A stretch of DNA of 64,000 bases from Bacteroidales bacterium (lineage in GTDB: Bacteria; Bacteroidota; Bacteroidia; Bacteroidales; VadinHA17). A model generated the notes under the pieces. It saw only the letters and a program-made list of their open reading frames with translations. It ran no database searches and was not told the DNA's origin. Every line of letters begins with the position of its first letter. Positions within the stretch are counted from its first letter, which is position 1. Made by a program: the position numbers and the translations under genes. Below, in pieces: positions 19,551-27,286 of this stretch. The DNA lies in NCBI GenBank assembly GCA_025454815.1, contig JALONR010000014.1, forward strand, positions 2,473-66,472, given 5' to 3'.

Positions 19551-19558
19551 CAAATATA
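19551..19558 (-). promoter_or_regulatory. Candidate -7 promoter box (TATATTTG) for the xdhC operon
   Basis: Forward caaatata is TATATTTG on the minus strand, 16 nt upstream of the ATG at 19535. Confidence 0.35.
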
Positions 19559-19671
19559 ATAATCCTGTCAGATTTCAAAAGCATTTATGATTTCAATCAG
19601 CATGAATGTACCTGTCATGCATGCGTTTCCCGAGGCTCCCTGAAGGGAAGAAATATATTTGAACGAAAAAT

Positions 19672-19701
19672 TTTGAGGAATGAAAAATTGGATTAATTTT
19701 G
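19672..19701 (+). promoter_or_regulatory. Candidate Bacteroidota promoter for tRNA-Asp (-33 TTTG, -7 TAATTTTG)
   Basis: TTTG at 19672-19675 and TAATTTTG at 19694-19701 with an 18-nt spacer. The -7 box ends 10 nt before the mature tRNA 5' end. Confidence 0.5.
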
Positions 19702-19711
19702 CATCGCTTTT

Positions 19712-19786
19712 GGTGCGGTAGTTCAGTTTGGTTAGAATACCGGCCTGTCACGCCGGGGGTCGCGGGTTCGAGTCCCGTCCGCACCG
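19712..19786 (+). tRNA. tRNA-Asp (anticodon GTC)
   Basis: Acceptor stem ggtgcgg/ccgcacc, anticodon stem ccggc/gccgg with loop ctGTCac, and T-arm gcgggTTCGAgtcccgt. CCA is not encoded. A track ORF at 19593-19838 on the minus strand overlaps it and is spurious. Confidence 0.92.
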
Positions 19787-19919
19787 CCCCTACACCCTCA
19801 AAACCCCTTGATTCCTCTAAATATGTTTTGAAACCCATCTCAATGGAAATCTTATGAGGAGGCTTAGGCTTAAAGAAAAGGATTATTCTTTTTACGTTTG
19901 AACTAAGTTGATCTTAGAT

Positions 19920-19957
19920 GCTATTTTATAGATAATAATTATTCTAAATAAAATAGC
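19920..19957. repeat. 38-bp AT-rich near-perfect palindrome (16 of 19 positions pair)
   Basis: gctattttat...ataaaatagc forms 10-bp perfect outer arms, with further inner pairing. It lies between the tRNA-Asp 3' end and the last gene of the island operon. It could be a bidirectional terminator or a recombination site. Confidence 0.6.
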
Positions 19958-20042
19958 TAATTAAATGACATTATGGATACACTAAATATTAATTCATTAT
20001 TGGAAATAAGCTCTGCTTTTAGGCCATGTTCGCTATTTATAT

Positions 20043-20531
20043 TCAACGGTATCGCATTTTAATACTTAATCCTTTCTGTGCTGACCACCCTTCCTTGTCA
20101 GTTAAACTAATGAAAAAATGATAGTCGCCCTCATCAAACGGTCCTATAGCATTGGATGCAGGAATAACAACAGACAGGTTAGTTTCGTATTCTTTTGACC
20201 CTCCGGGAATGCTGTAATCCTGAATGAATACAAATGGATTTACAGGGCTTTTCTTTGGGTCAAGACTGCATTCTGTAACTTCGGTACTGTGCGAATGATG
20301 GTCGAAATTATGATGGATATCAATACTGTATGAACCAAGTTCAGCATTATCAGTAAACATAACCTTAAAAATGAAGGTCTCGCCAAAATACAGGGTATCA
20401 CAATTTATCGGGAATGCACCCGCATTGCTTAAATCAATCTCCGGTTTTTGTTTGTCGGTTTCTCCCTTTTCACAGGAAATGGAAATAATCAACAAAAGAA
20501 ATGGGATAAAGACAAATTTGTAACTTTTCAT
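20043..20531 (-). CDS. DUF4625-like lipoprotein, His-rich (single domain)
   Basis: The start is placed at the internal ATG that gives MKSYKFVFIPFLLLIISISC (lipoprotein signal). 162 aa, with the HHNFDHHSHS cluster and a GDYHFFISLTDKEGW motif shared with the upstream paralog. Confidence 0.7.
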   Translation of the reverse strand: MKSYKFVFIPFLLLIISISCEKGETDKQKPEIDLSNAGAFPINCDTLYFGETFIFKVMFTDNAELGSYSIDIHHNFDHHSHSTEVTECSLDPKKSPVNPFVFIQDYSIPGGSKEYETNLSVVIPASNAIGPFDEGDYHFFISLTDKEGWSAQKGLSIKMRYR

Positions 20532-20581
20532 ATCTGAGAAATATTTAAAGGCAGGCCAAGAAAAGGCCTGCCTGAATGAAA

Positions 20582-21427
20582 CTAAAGATTTATCACTATA
20601 GGATAATGACTCGAATAGGTCCAATTTCCCCCAAATGCATCCACGCATTTAACCACGATATAATAGTTGCCCGATTGCCATGCTATGTCGCCGGTGATAT
20701 CTTTAGGGGTAATATTATTATCCTTGGCAGCACCAACTTTTATACTTGCTGAAAAGGTATGAGCAGCAGGGTTAGGAAAATCATGGGTATGCAAAATAGT
20801 GATCGTGTTCGTTGCATTAACCTGTGCATCTGTTAAATTCTGCCCTTCGCGTACCAGTCCGATGTATATTCCCCCCAAAGCTTTATCATCGCTGACAGAA
20901 CCGGAAATACTAACAGATTGCCCGTTTGAAAAAGCCTGATCAGCTGCAGGCGCACTGGTGATTGTTATCACAGGTGCAACGGCATCAGTGGGTATCAGTA
21001 TTTCAAGCTCTTCCTCGACAGTTGTTTGATTGCCTTCCATATCGGTAACAATAAAATGGAAATGATAATCCCCCGGTTCAGCAGAAACAGGTACGTCGAT
21101 ATGCTCATGAAATGTGGTGTTTTTTAACCCTGAAAATTTTGTATAAGTGGTGTCAACCTCCCATTCTCCTTCGTGCAGAGTAGCTGATGCTCCCTTACCG
21201 TGGTCACCCTCGGGGTGGATTTCTATTTTTACATTATCAATCTTCCCTTCGGCGACTATATCGGCTTCTATGTGCAAATCGCTGCCTGCGTATCCTGTTT
21301 TACTGTTCTCGTAGCCCAGCTCGGTAAGGTTAACAACCGGTTTGGGGACATCTTTTTCACACGAGTAAAAAATGACAATACTTGCTACCGCAATAATTGC
21401 AGCCATTGCTCTGATTTTTGTTTTCAT
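20582..21427 (-). CDS. DUF4625-like lipoprotein, two Ig-like domains, His-rich
   Basis: The start at MKTKIRAMAAIIAVASIVIFYSC gives a lipoprotein signal. 281 aa with HPEGDHGKG, FHEHIDVP and GDYHFHFIVTDMEGN. A second domain carries HTHDFPNPAAHTF. Confidence 0.7.
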   Translation of the reverse strand: MKTKIRAMAAIIAVASIVIFYSCEKDVPKPVVNLTELGYENSKTGYAGSDLHIEADIVAEGKIDNVKIEIHPEGDHGKGASATLHEGEWEVDTTYTKFSGLKNTTFHEHIDVPVSAEPGDYHFHFIVTDMEGNQTTVEEELEILIPTDAVAPVITITSAPAADQAFSNGQSVSISGSVSDDKALGGIYIGLVREGQNLTDAQVNATNTITILHTHDFPNPAAHTFSASIKVGAAKDNNITPKDITGDIAWQSGNYYIVVKCVDAFGGNWTYSSHYPIVINL

Positions 21428-21456
21428 AATTCTCTGATTTAGATAGTTAGACATAA

Positions 21457-23874
21457 TTATAGTTGTTTTGTTTTGCCTGAGAATGGCAGTGTTATACTTA
21501 ATACCAGATTCCGTCCCTGCTCAGGAACATTAATCAGCCTGTAATAACTGGTATGATTAAAGTATTTGTTGTTTAATAGGTTTTGAATCTGAAATGAGAA
21601 AATTGCTTTTTGGTTTTTCACTTTTATCTCACCACCAAATCCAATGTTAATAACCTGATAACCTTCTGTTGTTTCTTCCGGCGGCACAATATTGTTCTGT
21701 GCTGCAGATAATCTGTAATCTATTGAAATATATAAATTCTCTGCCCGCTTTACCTTTTGCTTCTGGTATTTGACATTGAAAATTGCCGAAGCAGGCGGAG
21801 AGAATGGAAGGGTAAACCCTTTTTTATCGCCTGATAGCTGCTCTGAATACACATATTCACCCATAACACCCAGCTGAAGCGACTTTAATAGCTGGTAATG
21901 GGCATGTATTTCGCCGCCATAGCGAAAAACCCTGCTTTGTGTATAGTAGTAAACCTGGTTCCCGTTACCGTAAAGCCTGTCGTGCTCTGCAGTAGGGTTC
22001 AGATAAATGTAATTAGAGAAATAATTCAGAAAAGGAGTTAATCCGATGGCCAGCTTATCTGAATTGTATTCTATACCGGCATCAGCCTGATACGAAATCT
22101 CAGGTGATAAATCCGGACTTCCCACTTCATAACTGAAATGGTGATAGTTCACCCCGTTAGCTGCCAGTTCCTTTGCAATGGGCATTCGGAAACTCTTGCC
22201 AATATTGGCTCTGAATGAAAACTCAGGAAGGTTGTAATTATAGCCTGCAGACCATGATATGCTTGAGAAACTACGGTTTAAGGCATCAGCTCTGATCAGG
22301 AATTGAAATGTGGTATCGTTGTTGATGATTACAGGAGAAGGATACCAGTCATAGTAACTTAATGTATTGAGATGTCCGAAATCGTATCGTATTCCCAGCT
22401 GAAGAATACTTTTAACCGAAAAGGAGTGCTTTACAAAAGCATATACGCCAATAGTAAATTGTTTAAAAGCAGGTATAATGAAACTGCGGCCATCAATGCT
22501 GTTATTCTGGTAATCGCTGCTTATGCCAGCTGAAAATAGTGTTTCTTCATTTTGAAAATACGATGCCTTAATATTTCCTGAGTAAACATACTTTTCAAAC
22601 TGACGTTCAAGGTCGGAATCGAAATCCAATGAATCAGGAAAAACACCCGGCATGTAACCATGACTGACATACTGACTCCATTCCTGTCGGAAATTACGTT
22701 GAAAACCCAGGTCGGATTCAATTTTCAGTTTTTCCCGTTTCCATTGACTTGTATTGATAACCTTGAAATGATTAACCTGGTGATAAGGATAGTTTATATC
22801 CCTGCCTGATCTGTCATGCAGCTCAGTGTCAACACTGCGTGGTTCCAATCCATGAGCATTTGCAAAAAAGCCGTTCTTGCTGCTTATGTTGCTTATGTAG
22901 AGCCTGGACTGAAATCCCGGTTTAATGATTCCGATTGATAAATGAATATCCTGTTCCTGTCCGGCCGTATTTCGCATATGATTCTCATGTAATGGTGCAC
23001 GGTATGAATAGATATCAATACTGTCGGTTGGTACTTTGTAATCACCGTAATCCAGCAGGGTTGCACGAAAATCGGCAAACAGCCAATTCTTTCTTCCAAA
23101 TACCGAAACAGAAGTACCCAGGTAATCATTATTTGTTTTCCCCGCCATGTCAATTGTTCCTCCAAGGGAATTATCAGCCGGAATTTTTCTGTTTTTCATA
23201 TCAATTACTCCCCCAATGGCATCCGACCCGTACATTAGCGAAGCAGGGCCCTTAATGACTTCAATATTGTCAATTGCATACTGGTCTATCTCAAGTCCGT
23301 GGTCGGAACCCCATTGCTGGGCTTCATGCTTTATGTTGTTCTCAACCACAACCACACGGTTGAAGCCGAGTCCGCGTATAACGGGTTTGGAATGGCCCGA
23401 ACCTATATCTATTGTGCCAACTCCCGGAAGCCTTTCGAGCGACTTCATGAGACTGCCCCCGAGGTTTTGTTTCAGATAATCGTCATTTACAATCTCAATA
23501 TTGAGTGGTTCTTCTCTTTGTCGTATTCGGGCATAATTATCGGTTACAACTACCTCCTGCAAGTTTATCGAGGCAAAAGAAAGCCGGAAATTGAAAGAAC
23601 TGTTTCCCTTTATTTCTATGGAATCAGTTAGTGTCCTGTAACCTATGAAAGAAACTACAATTGTATAAGAACCATTGTTTAGGCCATTTATCGAATACCG
23701 GCCTTGCCCATCAGTAAAAGTACCTTTTTCGACAGGGTACAGAAAAACAGAGGCCCCTGCCAGCGGTTGACTGTTTTCATCAACGATTACGCCGGACAGT
23801 TCATACTTGATCTGGGCATTTGCCGATAAGTGAGCAAAACTCATGCTTAACAAAAGCATGATAAATTTTCTCAT
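21457..23874 (-). CDS. TonB-dependent receptor with N-terminal carboxypeptidase-regulatory-like domain
   Basis: 805 aa. Signal peptide, GVIVDENSQPLAGASVFLY... domain, plug (GPASLMYGSDAIGGVI), beta-barrel periodicity, and a C-terminal aromatic-rich strand. Confidence 0.9.
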   Translation of the reverse strand: MRKFIMLLLSMSFAHLSANAQIKYELSGVIVDENSQPLAGASVFLYPVEKGTFTDGQGRYSINGLNNGSYTIVVSFIGYRTLTDSIEIKGNSSFNFRLSFASINLQEVVVTDNYARIRQREEPLNIEIVNDDYLKQNLGGSLMKSLERLPGVGTIDIGSGHSKPVIRGLGFNRVVVVENNIKHEAQQWGSDHGLEIDQYAIDNIEVIKGPASLMYGSDAIGGVIDMKNRKIPADNSLGGTIDMAGKTNNDYLGTSVSVFGRKNWLFADFRATLLDYGDYKVPTDSIDIYSYRAPLHENHMRNTAGQEQDIHLSIGIIKPGFQSRLYISNISSKNGFFANAHGLEPRSVDTELHDRSGRDINYPYHQVNHFKVINTSQWKREKLKIESDLGFQRNFRQEWSQYVSHGYMPGVFPDSLDFDSDLERQFEKYVYSGNIKASYFQNEETLFSAGISSDYQNNSIDGRSFIIPAFKQFTIGVYAFVKHSFSVKSILQLGIRYDFGHLNTLSYYDWYPSPVIINNDTTFQFLIRADALNRSFSSISWSAGYNYNLPEFSFRANIGKSFRMPIAKELAANGVNYHHFSYEVGSPDLSPEISYQADAGIEYNSDKLAIGLTPFLNYFSNYIYLNPTAEHDRLYGNGNQVYYYTQSRVFRYGGEIHAHYQLLKSLQLGVMGEYVYSEQLSGDKKGFTLPFSPPASAIFNVKYQKQKVKRAENLYISIDYRLSAAQNNIVPPEETTEGYQVINIGFGGEIKVKNQKAIFSFQIQNLLNNKYFNHTSYYRLINVPEQGRNLVLSITLPFSGKTKQL

Positions 23875-23927
23875 AATAAAGAAATGAGATGAATGACATG
23901 TGAAATTTTCGGAAAGAAGTCAGTGTG

Positions 23928-24278
23928 CTATAACGACAAGGGAGGTGCACGGGGAGATTTTGATTCTATAACCTCCAGGTACGGGTGCCCAATTATAGTC
24001 TCATCTAAAGCAAGTTTTATAATTGGAATATTAGCTTCGTAAACAGAAACTGAGGGTAGATTATTAATCGCGAATTTGTATTCGCAAATAGGACAGTGCT
24101 TGTCTTTTTCAGGTGTTTGTATATAAGATCCCTGATATTCGCTGTGTATTTTACAAATATGGAGGCAGGCAGAATGTTCATGACCATGATGCCTGACAAT
24201 ATGCACAGATTGAAATGCAACAGGGAAAATAAAGATCCCTATGAGAATAATTGCTATATGCTTTCTAAACTTTATCAA
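23928..24278 (-). CDS. Small His/Cys-rich membrane-anchored protein, unknown function
   Basis: 116 aa. One N-terminal TM helix (IAIILIGIFIFPVAFQSV), then HIVRHHGHEHSACLHICKIH and HCPICEYKF. There is a 4-nt overlap with the upstream Fur gene. Confidence 0.6.
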   Translation of the reverse strand: MIKFRKHIAIILIGIFIFPVAFQSVHIVRHHGHEHSACLHICKIHSEYQGSYIQTPEKDKHCPICEYKFAINNLPSVSVYEANIPIIKLALDETIIGHPYLEVIESKSPRAPPLSL

Positions 24279-24691
24279 TTTTCAGCTGAAATGTTTTTAC
24301 AGGAAGGACATATTCCTTTGATTATTACTTCTGTTTCAAGCTCAGTATATCCTTCAGGAAGTTGTATTGCCTGAAAATGTATAGATTCCAGACACTGTAA
24401 GGCATGGCAATCATTACAATAAAAATGAGGATGTTCTTTCTTATGTGTCATGAAATTACCCGGACCATATTTTACTATTTGACTGTCAACAACAATCTTA
24501 TGAACAATTCCATGCTCTTCGAGCGTTTTGAAAGAGCGATAAAATGTTGTACGGTCATAATTTCCGGACAATTTTACCCGAATCTCATTTTCGGAAAGAG
24601 GCTGATTAGCAGACAAAATAACCTCAATGATCCCTTCGCGGCAGCTTGTTCGTTTGAGCTTATGACTATTTAAAACATCAACCGGTCTCAT
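24275..24691 (-). CDS. Fur family transcriptional regulator (Fur/Zur/PerR type not resolvable)
   Basis: 138 aa. Winged-helix N-terminus (KRTSCREGIIEVIL...YRSFKTLEEHGIVHK) and a C-terminal metal site HPHFYCNDCH...CPSCK (CxxC...CxxC). Confidence 0.88.
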   Translation of the reverse strand: MRPVDVLNSHKLKRTSCREGIIEVILSANQPLSENEIRVKLSGNYDRTTFYRSFKTLEEHGIVHKIVVDSQIVKYGPGNFMTHKKEHPHFYCNDCHALQCLESIHFQAIQLPEGYTELETEVIIKGICPSCKNISAEN

Positions 24692-24711
24692 AAATGCAGA
24701 ATTATTTCAAA

Positions 24712-24732
24712 TGCAACAATGATGCAAATATA
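24712..24732 (-). promoter_or_regulatory. Candidate promoter/operator of the Fur operon: -7 box TATATTTG overlapping an imperfect palindrome TGCAACAATGATGCA
   Basis: Forward caaatata (24725-24732) is TATATTTG on the minus strand, 34 nt upstream of the ATG. In the 15-mer at 24712-24726, 6 of 7 arm positions pair. AAATGCA-like words occur three times in 24692-24730. Confidence 0.35.
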
Positions 24733-24890
24733 GTAATACTATTTAAAACATCCTTCTTATATTTTTAAGATACTGTCTCGTCCTAGAAAAACCTTACACA
24801 TTTGGTTAGTAATCCAGATTTCACTTTACAATTCCAATTGGTTAATCCTAAATGAGCTTTACAGTACCTGACAATGATAGTTTAATATTA

Positions 24891-25793
24891 TCAAACAAGT
24901 ATTTGTTCTTTCATTTTTTCTCGTTTAGAATATTGTTTCCATCGCTTTCTTATTAATCCTTCATGGTTATGAGCAATTTCTGGCGTAAGGAAATCAATAC
25001 TCGAGTGAGGTCTTTTTGCATTATAGGTTAGAATGATTCTGCCTATTGTCTTCTTTGCCTCCTTATGATTCTGGTAAACTTTTTTAGGAAAGAATTCATT
25101 CTTTATAATCCCATTTACTCTTTCAGCTAATGCATTCTCATACGGGCTTCCGCTCTGTGTCATACTGATGGCAATATTTGCTTTCATGAGGATTTCAATA
25201 TACTCATAGGAACAATATTGGATCCCGCGATCAGAATGATGAATCAGGATAAATGGAGTCAAATTTCTCCTGCCATTCACAGCCATTTTTAAAGCTTCTA
25301 TGCAGCCAGTTGCCTCAAGTGTTGGATAAAGTGCGTATCCCACAATCTTTCTCGAATAAGCATCAGTTATCAAGCTTAAATAGCTAAATCCTTCCAGGGT
25401 TCTTATATAGGTGATATCACTAACCCATAGTTGCTCGGGAGATGTAATAACCATTCCAACTATGAGATTTGGGTATTTTTTTAACCAGTGATGGGAGTCC
25501 GTAGTCTTTACAATCCGTTTCCGTCTGCGGATTAGTAGCCCGTGAAATCACAGCAGTTCAAATAGCTGATCCCTACCAATCTTTATACCATGCTCTTCCA
25601 GGTAAGGTCCTAATTGGAATAAAAGTTTCCTGGTCCCTATCAGCGGAATTTCATCTCTTAATTCTTTTACAATGGTTAAAACCACCATGCGGGCAATACT
25701 GGTTTTCCTTTCATGGATCTCTGCTTCATAGTATGCTTGCCTTGTAACACCAAACAGTGAACAAATCATCCCCAAGCTTTGATTAGGATGCAT
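24891..25793 (-). pseudogene. IS3 orfB transposase (rve/DDE integrase core) interrupted by an in-frame TGA
   Basis: Track ORFs 25548-25793 and 24891-25454 are in the same frame, separated by the TGA at 25548-25550. The downstream part carries WVSDITYI, HHSDRGIQYCS and NALAERVNGIIKNEF (D, D, E regions). Confidence 0.8.
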
Positions 25794-25798
25794 TTGCC

Positions 25799-26206
25799 TT
25801 ATCCTTTTGACTGTTTGGTAACACGCTTTTTTCTGATTTTAATTTTTAAGTCATCCTCTGCAACTGTGATCATAGTCTCTAGGCTGATAATCTTGAGCTT
25901 GGCGTTTTCCAGCTCTTTGGTGAGCTGCTGTATTTTTTTATTCAATACGGATTCTTTTTAACTGTCATTCATCCTTGATCGTGTTTGGGTAGAATAATCA
26001 TAACCCAAAGTACGGATAGAAAACTTTGTAATGAATAACTTTAAGGTATTTCTGCACAAACCGTATTTAAAACAAGCAGCCCTATTACTAATTAAGCCTG
26101 ATTCAATCTCTTTGACGATTTTAATCATTTCTCCTTCCGTTCTCCTTAAGTATGGATTACGTCTTTTAGGCTCAATTTTTACATAAGATTTTGGGTAATT
26201 TGTCAT
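25799..26206 (-). pseudogene. IS3 orfA (HTH plus leucine-zipper part) interrupted by an in-frame TAA
   Basis: An 82-aa HTH segment (..IVKEIESGLISNRAACFKYGLCRNTLKLF..) ends at the TAA at 25958-25960. The same frame continues with KESVLNKKIQQLTKELENAKLKIISLETMI... (coiled coil) to the TAA at 25799-25801. Confidence 0.7.
25826..25832 (-). other. Programmed -1 ribosomal frameshift heptamer A-AAA-AAG linking orfA to orfB
   Basis: Minus-strand aga aaa aag cgt in the orfA frame. A -1 slip gives ...ACYQTVKRIRQMHPNQ..., which is in frame with orfB (ATG at 25793). This is the classic IS3 arrangement. Confidence 0.7.
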
Positions 26207-26458
26207 CCTGAATGGTTTTATTGTGACAAGCTATTTCAGGACGAGACAACTTCCGTTTTCAGGATATTCAAGGTAAACGTTTTTTGAGTTTTCTGTCATC
26301 GTATTCCGGTGAGGAGGAAAACAGTGTTGTTTGACTCATCGGGCACGGATACCTCCATCCACTTCAGTGTATTACTAAGATGCTCATTGAATGGTAATTA
26401 TAATTCCTGAATAGGTAACCAGTGGAGGAAAGGGTCCGGCCAGCCGGTGTAACAGGTC

Positions 26459-27286
26459 TCAGTCGCCCAACGGGACAGAGAATGATACTACGGCACCGAT
26501 AAAAATCAGCCTGCTGTCAGGATTATAAACCAGTTGAGCTGATATTGGAATGGTGAACGATGCAGTTACAGGGATTTCCAGCCCGGTTTCCATGCCGACA
26601 CAGCAGACTGCAAACCTCCCTTCCTCAGTATGCCAGCCGTTGCCGGCTCCCATAATGATGGTGAAGTAATCGAACGAGAAGCGGCTTTCAAAATACAGAT
26701 CACCACCGTATGATCCTGCTCCTCCGGCCTCATTGATGATGTAAAAGGCAGTAAGGCTTACATTGTCTGACTCATAACCAATCCCGGCCTCCAGTGCATG
26801 GCTGCCGCTGATGGCAGAAAAATCATTCCAGGGCTGATCTGCCATCCAGTAGTCCTGAAGGCTGATGTTAAAGCCTCCGGGCATATCAAGTGTCAGATAG
26901 AGATCAACCTCCCGGTACCCGTGAAAATCAAAGGTCCCCCAGACTCCACCTGTAACCAAACCTGCTGTGTACTCAGCATAAGGTTGAAGATGCGGACCCC
27001 TTCCCTGCCTTGTCCCGCGCCAGACGTAACTGCTGACAAGGTCAGTACCGAGAGTCCATGACCGTGGCTTTTCCTCAAGGGGCGAAAAAAGCGGCGAAGT
27101 CATCAGAGCTGAATCCTTTACGGCATGCATACCTGCCTGGCTTAAAGGATTCGTTGTCTCCAGGCCCGGATAATGCGAACCCTCCTGTCCGAAGTACAAC
27201 ATATTCACCTGGCCGCAGAGTGGTGCCAATACAACCTGCACTGCAGTGAAAAACATACCGTAAATTATATACCTGGAGAGTGACAT
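26459..27286 (-). CDS. Putative outer-membrane beta-barrel porin (TorF/Gcw_chp-like by recollection)
   Basis: 275 aa. Signal peptide, an LGTDLVSSYVWRGTRQ motif near the barrel start, and alternating hydrophobic beta-strand pattern throughout. Confidence 0.45.
   Translation of the reverse strand: MSLSRYIIYGMFFTAVQVVLAPLCGQVNMLYFGQEGSHYPGLETTNPLSQAGMHAVKDSALMTSPLFSPLEEKPRSWTLGTDLVSSYVWRGTRQGRGPHLQPYAEYTAGLVTGGVWGTFDFHGYREVDLYLTLDMPGGFNISLQDYWMADQPWNDFSAISGSHALEAGIGYESDNVSLTAFYIINEAGGAGSYGGDLYFESRFSFDYFTIIMGAGNGWHTEEGRFAVCCVGMETGLEIPVTASFTIPISAQLVYNPDSRLIFIGAVVSFSVPLGD

Larger units (their letters stand above)
24774..26248 (-). mobile_element. IS3-family insertion sequence (about 1475 bp), decayed copy
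   Basis: TG...CA termini with inverted repeats (tgtctcgtcct is perfect for 11 bp at both ends and extends imperfectly). It has the orfA/orfB organisation with an A-AAA-AAG slippery site, and a DDE integrase core in orfB. Confidence 0.88.

Noticed and set aside
19600-19660. Possible Moco riboswitch or structured leader upstream of the xdhC operon (hairpin ttccc...gggaa around 19625-19653; minus-strand RNA contains GGGAGCCUCGGGAAAC)
   Set aside because: I cannot match it to the Moco motif consensus from memory. A good -7 box (19551-19558) lies between it and the start codon, so the hairpin is probably upstream of the transcription start. A cmsearch with Rfam RF01055 would settle it.
19593-19838. 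81-aa minus-strand ORF from the track
   Set aside because: It directly overlaps a well-formed tRNA-Asp on the plus strand, and its translation has no protein-like features.
24771-26251. Target-site duplication flanking the IS3 element
   Set aside because: The flanks are tac|IS|act. Only a dinucleotide (ac) is shared, which is not convincing for the 3-bp duplication expected of IS3 elements. The duplication may have been lost or the insertion rearranged.
26249-26458. Search for an attR-like direct repeat of the tRNA-Asp 3' end, or an integrase remnant, at the far edge of the island
   Set aside because: I found no stretch resembling ggttcgagtcccgtccgcacc by eye, and no ORF. The region is simply a 210-nt spacer. 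The island boundary is therefore defined only by the IS and by composition.
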